A DNA stretch of 64,000 nucleotides from Eledone cirrhosa (Eukaryota). The notes under the pieces are model-generated. The model searched no databases. It was not told the origin of the DNA and worked only from the letters and a program-made list of their open reading frames with translations. Location of the stretch: NCBI GenBank assembly GCA_964016885.1, contig OZ024745.1, forward strand, positions 98,642,001-98,706,000. Reading direction: 5' to 3'. Made by a program: the position numbers and the translations under genes. Of this stretch, positions 35,427 through 47,039 are shown piece by piece (position 1 is the first letter of the stretch; the number at the start of each line of letters is the position of its first letter).

Positions 35427-36727
35427 CGGAACTAGAGAAGAAATTCCAAGCATGGAAGCATGGCCTAGAATCAAAAGGCCTTAAAGTTAACTTGTTAAAG
35501 ACTAAAGTTCTAGTTTGTAGGAAGGAAAATAGGGCACCGGTCCCATCTGGGGAATGGCCATGCTCAGTGTGTAGGAAAGGAGTAGGCAGAAACTCCATTT
35601 TATGTCCCAAATGCAAAGTATGGGTGCATAAAAGATGTAGTGGGATCACAGGTAAGCTAACTAAGAATATAGATTTTATATGTGGCCGGTGCTCTGGTGC
35701 AATTAGTAGCAGCAAGTGCCCACAGAATACTAGCTCATTTCATTGCACAGATGGTTCTATAGAAAGAGTGGATACCTTCTGTTACCTGGGTGACAAAATC
35801 AGCAGTGGGGGAGGGTGCTCTGAAAGTACAGTAGCTAGAGTCAGAACGGGATGGAAAAAGTTCAGAGAGCTTATACCACTATTGGCCGCTAAAGGGTTCT
35901 CTCTAAAAATAAAAGGCAGGCTGTATGATGCCTGCATACGAACAGCAATGTTACATGGCAGTGAGACCTGGGCATTGTGTGCAGAGGATATACGCAGACT
36001 GGAGAGAAACGAAGCTTGCATGCTCCGCTGGATGTGTAATAGTAATATACGTGAACGGCAAAGCATAAACGAACTAAGGGAGAAATTAGGAATAAGAGGG
36101 ATCAGGTGTTGTTTACTCGAGAGAAGACTTTGTTGGTACAGTCACGTGATGCGCATGAAAGACGACAGCTGTATAAAAAAGTGCAGGGCGATAAAAATAG
36201 ACGGTAGCCACGGAGTAGGTATACCCAGAAAAACCTGGGACGACTTGATAAATTCTGACCTCACACACTTACACCTCTCCAAGACAATGTCACTGGACTG
36301 AGATCTTTGGCGCTACACAGTTATACAGAAGACCCGCCTTGCCTAAGTACAAAGCGAAACCTACAGTCAGTAGGCACCTCTAACAAAATACACCCCCGTC
36401 CCACTACCCCCACCCCATCTACACCACCCCCTTAAATGTGAAGTTATGTTGGTACCACAACATCCAGTCCGAAACAAATGAGGTCGTGTAGGTGTCACGA
36501 CAAAAAAACACACAGTCCACGCTGTAATGTGGCCGTGTAGGTAACACGGTAAAAACCTCCCAGTCCACACTGTAAACGTGGTTGGTGTTAGGAAGGCATC
36601 CAGCCGTAGAAAACCCGCCAGACAGTCCTGAGCAAGACAACCAATCTTGCCTCAAGTGGGATAATTCCCGTCCAGACCCATGCTAGCGTTGAAAATGGAT
36701 GTTAAACGATGGTGATGATGATGATGA

Positions 36728-36730
<3 letters not shown>
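35427..36730 (+). mobile_element. 5'-truncated RTE LINE, third copy in the head-to-tail array
   Basis: ORF 35492..36301 is the RT C-terminus plus the PHD-like finger, followed by the 3'UTR and a (GAT)n tail. Confidence 0.95.
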
Positions 36731-36767
<37 letters not shown>

Positions 36768-36769
<2 letters not shown>

Positions 36770-37107
36770 AAGCACATGGCTCAGTGGTTAGAACATTGGC
36801 CTTGCAATCGAAAGGTTGTGAGTTCAATTCTCAGACCGGGTGATGTGTTGTTTCCTTGAGCAAGACACTTCATTTCACATTGCTCCAGTTTACTCAGCTG
36901 TAGAAATGAGATGATAGGGACTGGAGTCCATATCATTCCACTGCAAAGTGGTCGTGGAGGTGCCACGGCAAAAAAGCACCCAGCACTCACTGTAAATGAG
37001 GTTGGTGTTAGGAAGGGCATCCAGCTGTAGAAATCAAGCCAGAATCAGTTCCCGTCCCACCCTTGCAAGCAGGGAAAAGCGGACGTAAAATGAAATGATG
37101 ATGATGA

Positions 37108-37110
<3 letters not shown>
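36768..37110 (+). mobile_element. tRNA-derived CORE-like SINE with an RTE-derived 3' tail. A near-identical copy is at 41472-41820, with relatives at ~1175-1430 and ~55730-55990.
   Basis: A box TGGCTCAGTGG, B box GTTCAATTC, core CCTTGAGCAAGACACTT...CTCAGCTGTAGAAATGAG, and a 3' part matching the RTE 3'UTR near 35120-35270. Confidence 0.85.
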
Positions 37111-37146
<36 letters not shown>

Positions 37147-37357
37147 GTTGAAAAGGTAACACACTAGAGAGAAAAAGTGTGCCATCAATAAAACAGGGAA
37201 AAACCACCAGTGTATGGAATCTATACTCTATGGAAGGTAGCAGCTCATCCCTCAGACACCACTGGTTCACTGCCCTAAACACGCTGTGACATCTCTCTGC
37301 CACGTGTAGCTGGACAGTCGCTTTAGATTCTCTTAGAGTTGTCTGGAATGTATATTC

Positions 37358-37443
37358 TTACACGAGCTGATGAGCCATAGGCTATTCCATTTCAGTCAAC
37401 AACTTCCTGGTGAAACAGATCTCTTTGGATTTGTACGCGTGTG
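37358..37443 (+). ncRNA. Type I hammerhead ribozyme inside inverted repeat 37142-37240/37508-37605
   Basis: ACACGAG-CTGATGA(37367)-GCCA...TGGT-GAAA-CAGATCT cttt GGATTTG-TA-CGCGTGT. All three helices pair, with one mismatch in helix I, and the GUA triplet is at 37433-37435. Confidence 0.8.
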
Positions 37444-38402
37444 TTATATAGTTATAGAGGTGCGTATATACATTTTAATTTATATTTTTAATTATTGTGT
37501 GTCTACCCTGCCTTCCATAGAATATAGATTCCATACACTGGTGGTTTTCCTGTTTTATTGATAGCACACTTTCTCTCTCTAGTTTGTTACCTTTTCAAAC
37601 ATATTGTATTTTAAAGAGCTCAGGATTCCTATTCCTTTGAGCACATTATTGACAGGGAATAACGAGAGTCTATGGCTCCATTAATTTGTCATAATATGTA
37701 TATATATAAGGAAAAAAAACAAATCGAAAATGCAACTGGAGTCGTTTTAAGAATATTTATTTGGTTCCTTTACTGGTTTCGTGTTCGGATGTTACTTCTG
37801 TTTTATATGGAAAAAAGTGGCTCGAAATGGTAGGTTTTTAGAAAAGTGATTTGATTTGTTACCGCCTTTTCAGTTTGTATGGCGTTTATAACATATGTTT
37901 ATAGCTCTGGTTTTTTAAACTATGGAGCGCTTGCCAGCATGCCTCTGAATTTGCGTTACGTTTCGCTTTTTCTATCCGCCGAAATGCGATTCTTGCTGAA
38001 TTTATATTTGTATTAATCTCCCGAGTCTTACAATTAATCTGTTAATAATTCTATTGACAGATTAATTGCATAAGTTTATTTTAAAAACTACCCGATTGAG
38101 TGCTTATTCGATTTGTGCTATTTATGCAATTTTTTGCATGATTTACATATACTGAATTCATTTGCCAAAATCTGGGGTTTTTCCCCTTGTGAGTCACACA
38201 TGTGCTTTTACAAAACACTACATCATTCACAACACTGGCGCAGAACAAAATACCTGTTGATAATGTGATATTCCTTGTTCGATCATTATACCAAAAGCTT
38301 ATGGTTTTAAGCAGACAGTATTATTGATTTAGGTCTCATAGAAACCCTGTATTTGGATTTTACCACCAATTCCAATGGGTCCAGGTTTGTTGTATATATG
38401 TG

Positions 38403-38461
<59 letters not shown>

Positions 38462-38675
38462 GTTAAAGTGTACATCTACATATGTATACGGAAGTACTAG
38501 TATGCATATAAATACACACATGTATACATATGTACATGTACCGAGTTTTTCACTAGACACTTTACAGTGAGTGTCCAGCTAGTCTGTATGTAAACAAACA
38601 GACGAACCGGGTTTTAAAGTCATACGAGTTTTCAAGGAAACACACTTCCTCTATTCTCCAGAGAGCCAGACAGGA

Positions 38676-38718
38676 ATATTGGACTAGTTTCGATGTTATT
38701 ACATCTCATCAGCAATAT
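38676..38718 (-). ncRNA. Minimal type I hammerhead ribozyme (intact consensus)
   Basis: ATATTG-CTGATGA-GATGT aata ACATC-GAAA-CTAG-TC-CAATAT, with perfect helices I and II, a palindromic ACTAGT helix III and a GUC triplet. Confidence 0.92.
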
Positions 38719-39372
38719 ATACCTATCTTCCGGCTTCTCTGGAGAATTGTAAAAGCACATATCGTTATATGCTTTTTCTATGAAAATCAGTAGTGGGCAG
38801 ACTAATTTGCATAGAACGTGAGTCATTGTATGCGCCGGTTCAGCGGAAACGATAAAAACAAATAACGAAACGAAATTAAATTTCGTTTCGCTTCTAACTC
38901 ACTTTTGTATGACTGACGCTTAAACAATTAAGTTAAAGTGTACATCTACATATGTATACGGAAGTACTAGTATGCATATAAATACACACATGTATACATA
39001 TGTACATGTACCGAGTTTTTCACTAGACACTTTACAGTGAGTGTCCAGCTAGTCTGTATGTAAACAAACAGACGAACCGGGTTTTAAAGTCATACGAGTT
39101 TTCAAGGAAACACACTTCCTCTATTCTCCAGAGAGCCAGACAGGAATATTGGACTAGTTTTAATTGTTTAAGCGTCAGTCATACAAAAGTGAGTTAGAAG
39201 CGAAACGAAATTTAATTTCGTTTCGTTATTTGTTTTTATCGTTTCCGCTGAACCGGCGCGTACAATGACTCACGTTCTATGCAAATTAGTCTGCCCACTA
39301 CTGATTTTCATAGAAAAAGCATATAACGATATGTGCTTTTACAATTCTCCAGAGAAGCCGGAAGATAGGTAT

Positions 39373-39415
39373 ATATTGCTGATGAGATGTAATAACATCG
39401 AAACTAATCCAATAT
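39373..39415 (+). ncRNA. Minimal hammerhead ribozyme, second copy, with a G>A change in helix III
   Basis: ATATTG-CTGATGA-GATGTAATAACATC-GAAA-CTAATC-CAATAT. Confidence 0.8.
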
Positions 39416-40019
39416 TCCTGTCTGGCTCTCTGGAGAATAGAGGAAGTGTGTTTCCTTGAAAACTCGTATGACTTTAAAACCCGGTTCGTCTGTTTGTTTA
39501 CATACAGACTAGCTGGACACTCACTGTAAAGTGTCTAGTGAAAAACTCGGTACATGTACATATGTATACATGTGTGTATTTATATGCATACTAGTACTTC
39601 CGTATACATATGTAGATGTACACTTTAACTTAATTGTTTAAGCGTCAGTCATACAAAAGTGAGTTAGAAGCGAAACGAAATTTAATTTCGTTTCGTTATT
39701 TGTTTTTATATATATATATATATATATATATGATTTTATCATTTATTTTGTCTGACTTGTTTAGCTTGACTTGTTTTTTGGCTTAGGTGGTTAATGCCTT
39801 CTTGACTGCCTTTTCAGTTGTATGGCGTTTATAACATATGTTTATAGATCTGGTGTTTTAAACTATGGTGCACTCTGAATTTGCATTACGTTTCGCTTTT
39901 TCTACCCACCGAAATGCGATTCTCGCTGAATTTATATTTGTATACCGCCTTTATATATATATATCCAGAATTAGCCGTCGAAACGGCTTGAGCTCAGCCG
40001 TCGAGGTCTTACTGGTTCC

Positions 40020-40052
<33 letters not shown>

Positions 40053-40838
40053 GTGAGGTTTTTTTACAAAATGAAAAAAAAACGAGGTGTCCTACACGAG
40101 TGAAAGTATAAGGAAAAAAGATGAAATCGAAAATGCAACTGGAGTCTTTTTTTTTTAAATATATTTATTTGGTTCCTTTACCGGTTTCGCAGTTCTGGTG
40201 CTTTTCAAAAGTAGAATTGAGATGGAGGATTTGTGGTTTTTCTCATATCTGGTTGGTGTTCGAATGTTTCTTCTGTTTTATATGGAAAAAAGTGGCTCGA
40301 AGTGCTAGGTTTTTAGAAAAGTAATTTGGTTGATGACTGTCATGTGAATAATTATAATAAATTTTGCGCCAGTTTGCGTTACAAAGTTCTTATTATATTT
40401 GCCTTCAAAACAAGGGGTCTCAGATTGTTTTTTCATATATGAGTGAAATTTGGTTGGTTGATGCAGTCACGTGAATAAGCACATCAGCTTTCGCACCAGT
40501 TTGTGTTTGAAATAAAGAAAGTAGAGATATGTATGTTTATTTGTGCGCTGGTGTGTGTGTGCGTGTGTGTGCCTGTGGAAGATGATTCTATTAGTAGAAA
40601 TGGGGGAGGGAGTTGTGTGTGTGTGTATGGGTGTTATATGTGTGTGTGGGAGTATGGTTAGCATGTTAAGATGGAGAGAATATATATGTTTTTGTGTGTG
40701 TGTGTGTAGGAAAGTGATTCCGCTAATAGAAATGGGGGAGGGAGTTATGTGTGTGTGTGTGGAGGGGTATGGTTAGCATGTTAAGGTGTTAGAGTATTAA
40801 TGTATATAGGTGTTATGTGTGTGTATATATATATATAT

Positions 40839-41168
40839 ACCAATCCTAATACCTATTTTTTGCTGGACCGGCAATCGCTCTGTATAATCAGCTCCTGATT
40901 ATTACTAGAATTCTATAAGAATCCAGCTTCTATAATTTTCGGCGGAAGCAGGGAGTGCGTAGCTCTGATGATCGCCAACCAGCGTGAAACAGACTGTTGG
41001 CTTCTCTCCCTTCTTTCGCCGAAAAGAAGTAAGTGACATAGTCACTACTTTAAAACTGATAGTGTAAGGTCTTCTAAATGTTTTAAATTAAACATACGGT
41101 ATATTGCCAAATATACTATACATACAGTCATGTATACATCGCTATTTCAGGGCACCAATCCTAATACC
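40839..41168 (+). mobile_element. 315-bp retrozyme-like monomer with a 15-bp terminal redundancy, inserted in (TA)n
   Basis: ACCAATCCTAATACC occurs at 40839 and 41154, there is an internal hammerhead, and (TA)n lies outside both ends. Confidence 0.75.
40936..41025 (+). ncRNA. Type I hammerhead ribozyme with a long extended helix I
   Basis: AGCT-CTGATGA(40965)-tCGC caacca GCGt-GAAA-CAG a CTG-TT-GGCT. Helix I is extended by TTTTCGGCGGAAG.AGGGAG / CTCCCT.CTTTCGCCGAAAA. The triplet is GUU. Confidence 0.82.
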
Positions 41169-41419
41169 ATATATATATATAGGAGACATGGTAAAAGGGC
41201 TCCCAATCCACACTGTAAATGTGGTTGGTGTTAGGAAGGGAATCCAGCTGTAGAAAACCTGCCAGAAACAGTTCTGTACGAGAGAGACACGGTCTTCCAA
41301 CCAATCTTGCCTCAAGTGGGACAAAACCGTCCAACCCATGCTAGCGTGGAAGATGGATATTAAACGATGATGATGATATATATCTATATACATATATATA
41401 TGTGTGTGTGGGTGTGTGA

Positions 41420-41473
<54 letters not shown>

Positions 41474-41960
41474 AGGCACATGGCTTAGTGGTTAGAGCAT
41501 TGGCCTTGCAATCGAAAGGTTGTGAGTTCAATTCTCAGACCGGGTGATGTGTTGTTTCCTTGAGCAAGACACTTTATTTCACATTGCTCCAGTTTACTCA
41601 GCTGTAGAAATGAGATGATAGGGACTGGGGTCCATATCATTCCACTGCAAAGTGGTCATGGAGGTGCCACGGCAAAAAAGCACCCAGCACTCACTGTAAA
41701 TGAGGTTGGTGTTAGGAAGGGCATCCAGCTGTAGAAATCAAGCCAGAATCAATTCCCGTCCCACCCTTGCAAGCAGGGAAAAAGCGGACGTAAAATGAAA
41801 TGAATGAATGAAATGAATGAATATATATATATGTAGGAGGTGAGTTTTATTGTAGTACAATAAAGCAATGCAGATATCGGATAAGAAGCACTCTACAGTT
41901 TGTAGGACTGGAGTATACATAATATATAAGATCAAAAGATGGTTAAAGGAGTTCCATGTA

Positions 41961-42027
41961 TTTTATTATGCGCATTTCAAAAACAAACATCATCATGCAA
42001 TAATATTTGTGTTTTCATCAGATAAAA
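41961..42027 (-). ncRNA. Type I hammerhead ribozyme (left-arm copy)
   Basis: Reverse complement of 42854-42920. Confidence 0.85.
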
Positions 42028-42853
42028 CAGGAGAACATGATATGAAGGCTAAAAAATACTTGTGGATAGTGCAGTTTTAAATCAACATATGAAAAGTAGT
42101 TTTAGATTGATGTGTGATATTGGGAAAAATATTTTATTTAGAGAGGGAGGGGGGGGGGGGGGAAAGGATGAAAAAAGGGGAGGAGATGAGAGTGAAGGTG
42201 GAGAGGGAGAGATGGGTGATAGAGAGAAAGAGATAGTTTTTATAACTGAGAAAAGATATATTGTTTTACATAGAGAGGTTGAAAACCGTTGGAAGATAAT
42301 GTATAAATTAAAAGAATTTGAAAATTAACGAAGGGAAAAATATGTACATTAATTTATACATTATCTTCCAATGGTTCTCAACCTCTCTATGTAAAACAAT
42401 ATATCTTTTCTCAGTTATAAAAACTATCTCTTTCTCTCTATCACCCATCTCTCCCTCTCCACCTTCACTCTCATCTCCTCCCCTTTTTTCATCCTTTCCA
42501 CCCCCACCCCCCCTCTCTAAATAAAATATTTTTTCCTCGTACATATTTTTCCCTTCGTTAATTTTCAAATTCTTTTAATTTATACATTATCTTCCAACGG
42601 TTTTCAACCTCTCTATGTAAAACAATATATCTTCTCTCAGTTATAAAAACTATCTCTTTCTCTCTATCACCCATCTCTCCCTCTCCACTTTCACTCTCAT
42701 CTCATCCCCTTTTTTCATCCTTTCCACCCCACCCCCTCTCTAAATAAAATATTTTTCCCAATATCACACATCAATCTAAAACTACTTTTCATATGTTGAT
42801 TTAAAACTGCACTATCCACAAGTGTTTTTTAGCCTTCATATCATGTTCTCCTG

Positions 42854-42920
42854 TTTTATCTGATGAAAACACAAATATTATTGCATGATGATGTTTGTTT
42901 TTGAAATGCGCATAATAAAA
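42854..42920 (+). ncRNA. Type I hammerhead ribozyme
   Basis: TTTTAT-CTGATGA-AAAcACAAATATTATT gcat GATGATGTTTGTtTTT-GAAA-TGCGCA-TA-ATAAAA, with a long helix II, a palindromic ATGCGCAT helix III and an AUA triplet at 42912-42914. Confidence 0.88.
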
Positions 42921-42952
42921 TACATGGAACTCCTTTAACCATCTTTTGATCT

Positions 42953-42983
<31 letters not shown>

Positions 42984-43373
42984 CATGTACCACAACATCC
43001 AGTCCAAACAAATGAGGTTGTGTAGGTGTCACGACAAAAAAAACACACAGTCCATGCTGTAATGTGGTCGTGTAGGTAACACGATAAAAAGCTCCCAGTG
43101 CATACTGTAAATGTGGTTGCTGTTAGGAAGGGCATCCAGCCGTAGAAAACCTGCCAGATAGTTCTATACAAGCCAACATGGTCACCCGACTAATCTTGCC
43201 TCAAGTGGGACAACTCCCGTCTAACCCATGCTAGCGTGGAAGATAGACATTAAACGTTGATGATGATGATATATGTACATGTATTTAGTTTTTATTGCGT
43301 ATCGACCTGTTACACATGTTTCACAGAGGAATGGCTCACTGAATAACATACACTATATATACATATAAATATA

Positions 43374-43610
43374 TATATTATTTATTTATGTTCATACATG
43401 AAACAAAGTCGTTACCTAAGGTTTCAAGGCTCAATATTGACAATATCTCCAGATTATAAGAGGGATCAAAATTGTGACCTAATCTTCAGGTTCTTATACA
43501 ATTAGGTCACAGTTTTGATGCCTCTTACAATCTGGAGATATTGTCAATATTGGACCTTGAAACCTTGAGTAGCGCTTTTGTTCCATATATGAACATAAAT
43601 AAATAATATA
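43374..43610. repeat. Hairpin (fold-back) element, with a related copy at 60091-60256
   Basis: Imperfect ~110-bp inverted arms. Both copies share 'ttggaccttgaaaccttg(a/g)gtagcgcttttgttcc(a/g)tatatgaacat'. Confidence 0.85.
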
Positions 43611-43909
43611 TCACCTCTCATACCTAATTGACCACTGTTTTCCTTTTTTCACACCTACAGTCATGAGTGTATGGAACCGTTAGAATTTAAACTTAGGGGT
43701 CAAAAAGCACCCCAGTATGTGCTGTAAATGTGGTTGGCATTAGGAAGGGCATCCAGTTATAGAACCCAAGCTCAAATCAATTCTATATGAGCAAGACAAA
43801 GTCATCCGACCATTCTTGTCTCACTATGGGATAGCTCGTCTAACCTAGGCTAGCATGGCGAATGGACGTTAAATGGTGATGATGATATATATATATGTAT
43901 ATTTCTATA

Positions 43910-44490
43910 TATCATCATCATCGTTTTTTACGTCTGTTTTACCATGCTTAGATTGGATGGATCCTTCTCAGCACAACACCTCTCTACTCGTCCTTTCTTT
44001 GTCATCTCCTCTGTGAGTCTCTTGAGATCAGCTTTTGCTACCTCTGCCCAAGTCTTTCTTGGTCTACCTTTACTGCAACTTCCTTTCACTCACATTTCAT
44101 GTCTCTTCTTCACCCACGTTCTTCACATGTTTGTACCAACTCAGTCTGTACACCACCTTGAATTCTTAAACCCAGTTTCTCCCTCAGTTCAGCCAAGCTC
44201 TGCCTTTCCCTTACATTTACATTGCACATCCAATGAAGCATGGCTGCTTCATTTCTTTTCAGTCTATGCATGTCTTCTGCAGTCACTGCCTTTGGTTCAC
44301 AACCATGCAGCATCACACTTTGCACACAGACGTTCTTTTGTACGTAGGAGGAAACTTTTTGTTGTCAACAGTGGGAATAGCTTTCTAAACTTCTGCCATC
44401 CTATCCTTATTCTCACTATTATGCTCTCAGAGCACTCTCCTCCGCTGCTAATTAAGTCACCTAGATAGTAGAAGCTAACAACCACTTCTA
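43910..44490 (-). mobile_element. RTE 3' fragment of a different subfamily
   Basis: YYLGDLISSGGECSESIIVRIRIGWQKFR and MLHGCE...RNEAAMLHWMCNV, with a (CAT)n tail. Confidence 0.88.
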
Positions 44491-47039
44491 TGTTTTTGTT
44501 TTTCTATTTCCCTCCTTCCTATATTTTTTCTTCTTTGGCTAAACCCTAATACACCATCCTCTTCCTTCTTTGTTAGTTGATGCACTTGGGATACTTTTTC
44601 ACCTTTATTTGTGTAATTTGCCAAAAGGCATAACTTGTCTTTTATTTGTCATATCCCAATGTGCACTGGAATGAAGAGTGCCAACCTTAATAATACTGAA
44701 ACTGTAGTGATTTCTAGATGTTAACTGAAAAGATGGGACAGTCTGTTTTTCCACTGTCTTTGTCCTGTACCTCCTGTTTTGAATATATATATGTGCCAAG
44801 AGTTCCAAGATTATTCTTCACATTTTGCCAGAGCCATAGTCTTCCTATTAACTGGCTATACATATTTGTGTGTGTGTTGATGACACAATTACTTTCTAGT
44901 TTCAATTTCTTTATTAGAATATTCTCACATTTTCTAAATCTATAATTTATTTGCATCAACAAAGTTCCTAGATTCATACATTGGCAATGTTTCCAGACCC
45001 TCACAGTCTCCTCTTCAGGAGTACAGTTGGTATAGTCTTACTGCCTCTTATTTAGTCGATAAGGCTGGTGGATTGGCAGTATCGGTAGAGTCAAACACCA
45101 TGCTTAACAGCAAAGAGTTACGGCCCTTTATGATCTGAGTTCAAATTGCGTCGAGGTTAACTTTGCCTTTTGTCCTTACAGGGTCGATAAAATAAAGTAC
45201 CAGTAATGTACTGGGATAATTGCTTGCCTTGTGCCAAAAGTAGAAACAATCATTTAGTCTATAACGATGGTGGATTGGCAGTATCAGTAGAGCATCAGAC
45301 ACTGTGCTTTGCAGCATAAAGTTATGGCCCTTTATGTTCTGAGTTCAAATCCTGCAGAGGTTAACTTTGCCTTTCATCCTTCAAGGGTTGATAACATAAA
45401 GTACTAGTAATGTACTGGGGTAATTGCTGGCCTTGTGCCAAAAAGTAGAAACATTTATAGTCTATAATAAAATTTCCTTAACTCTTCTTTTGATGAAGGG
45501 ATTTTATTCCAAAATATTAAGGATGTATTAAAATACTTCCATGGCAACATTCCAACAACTCTTTTATTGTTAGTTTTAACATTTAACCCTTTAGCATTTA
45601 CTTTACTCTATATTTACTATTGCATTTCCACAGTAAAGACATTACCTCACGTAATATCGAATATACGAGATTTTGATATTTATTTTGAGAACAATATCAG
45701 TATTAGCAGCTGGTTATGGCTGGTTTGAACAGAAAGAGGTGAGAGAATTCTGGCTGGATACAGCCATTTTAAATGCTAAAGGGTTAAAAAGTGGCAAGAT
45801 GTAGTGAAACAGCAGCTGTGTTGCCAACAGTCCAAGTAGTAGTATCTGACCCAACTTGCCTCTAATGGGACAGCCTGTCTAACCCATGCTAGCATGGAAA
45901 ATGGACATTAAACGACAATGATGATGATATATATACATACACACGTACATATATATATATACACATACATATATATATATATATACACATATATATATAT
46001 ACACAAACACACACATATATATACACACACATATATATATACACACACACATATATATACACACACACATATATATATATACACACAAACACGTGTGTTT
46101 ATGATGTCTACATATACAAATACATTGCATGTTATTCAATTGATTTTGTAAAAATATTCTGAATATTGGAGATTATGTGACCGACTTTTCATTTCTTTAA
46201 TAATTGCATTGTTGACATCCATACCTTCCAACACATTAAGACTTAATCCATTACTCTATATTTACTATTGTATTTTTGTGGTAAAGGCTTTACCTAACCT
46301 AATTATCTCACATAATATCGAATCTATGAGATTTTGATATTATTCATTTTGAGAACAATACCTTAACATCAGTATGAGTGGCCAGTCACAGCCGGTTTGA
46401 ACAGAAAGGAGTGAGAGAATTCTGGTTGGATATGGCTGGTTTAAATGCCAAGGGGTTAAGACAACCAAATGTGGTTTCTATAAGAATTGCTACAAAATAT
46501 ATATTTCACATAGGCACTTCTTTATCAGAGCAGCACAGTCAAGTACTGGGGTTGATATAATCAACTTTGCTTATCACCCAAATTTGTTGGCCTTGTGCCT
46601 AAATCAAATTGAACATTATATTAACCTTTTAGCATTTAAACTGGCCGTATCTGGCCAGAATTCTCTCATCTCTTTCTGTTCAAACTGACTATATCTTCTT
46701 GCCACTCATACTGACGCTAAGGTATTGTTATCAAAATAAATAATATCGAAATCTCATAGATTCAATAATACATGAGATAAAGCCTTTACTGCAAAAATAC
46801 AATCGTAAATATAGACTAATGTAAATTCTAATACGTATTCCTATATAATAGCATTGTAAAATATCTATTTGCAAGTTTTATTCTTTAACAGTCTTCAGGG
46901 TCCTGTTTTTCAGTTCAAATCTTTTTTTTACAGACTCTGGAATAACCTAGAAGACCACCTGAATGAAAATTTGTAGAGCAAAACAATAAGATATTATAAA
47001 TGTGGGAAACCTAAAATGGTGTTTTATTTTTGGGGGCAA

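Larger units (their letters stand above)
38456..39709. mobile_element. Retrozyme-like multimer: a 470-bp monomer present as 1.5 copies (-) joined to 1.17 copies (+)
   Basis: The 470 period is seen at 38461/38931 and 39161/39631. The inversion point is 39160/39161, there is one hammerhead per monomer, and (TA)n flanks both sides. Confidence 0.85.
41919..42962. repeat. Fold-back element with ~425-bp inverted arms and a ~190-bp spacer duplicated from one arm
   Basis: 41919-42346 is the reverse complement of 42539-42962, and 42351-42536 repeats 42576-42758. Confidence 0.92.

Noticed and set aside
29926-36066. Many antisense ORFs over the RTE copies
   Set aside because: They are shadow frames of the LINE ORF with no independent motifs.
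38632-39459. Duplicated 64-aa ORFs (MTHVLCKLVCP...)
   Set aside because: They are a by-product of the inverted 470-bp unit and run through the ribozyme core. There is no sign of coding function.
41868-43007. Paired ORFs on opposite strands
   Set aside because: They are explained by the fold-back repeat and low-complexity purine tracts.
45879-46151. ORFs rich in Y/I/C/V/T/H
   Set aside because: They are translations of (TA)n/(CA)n microsatellites.
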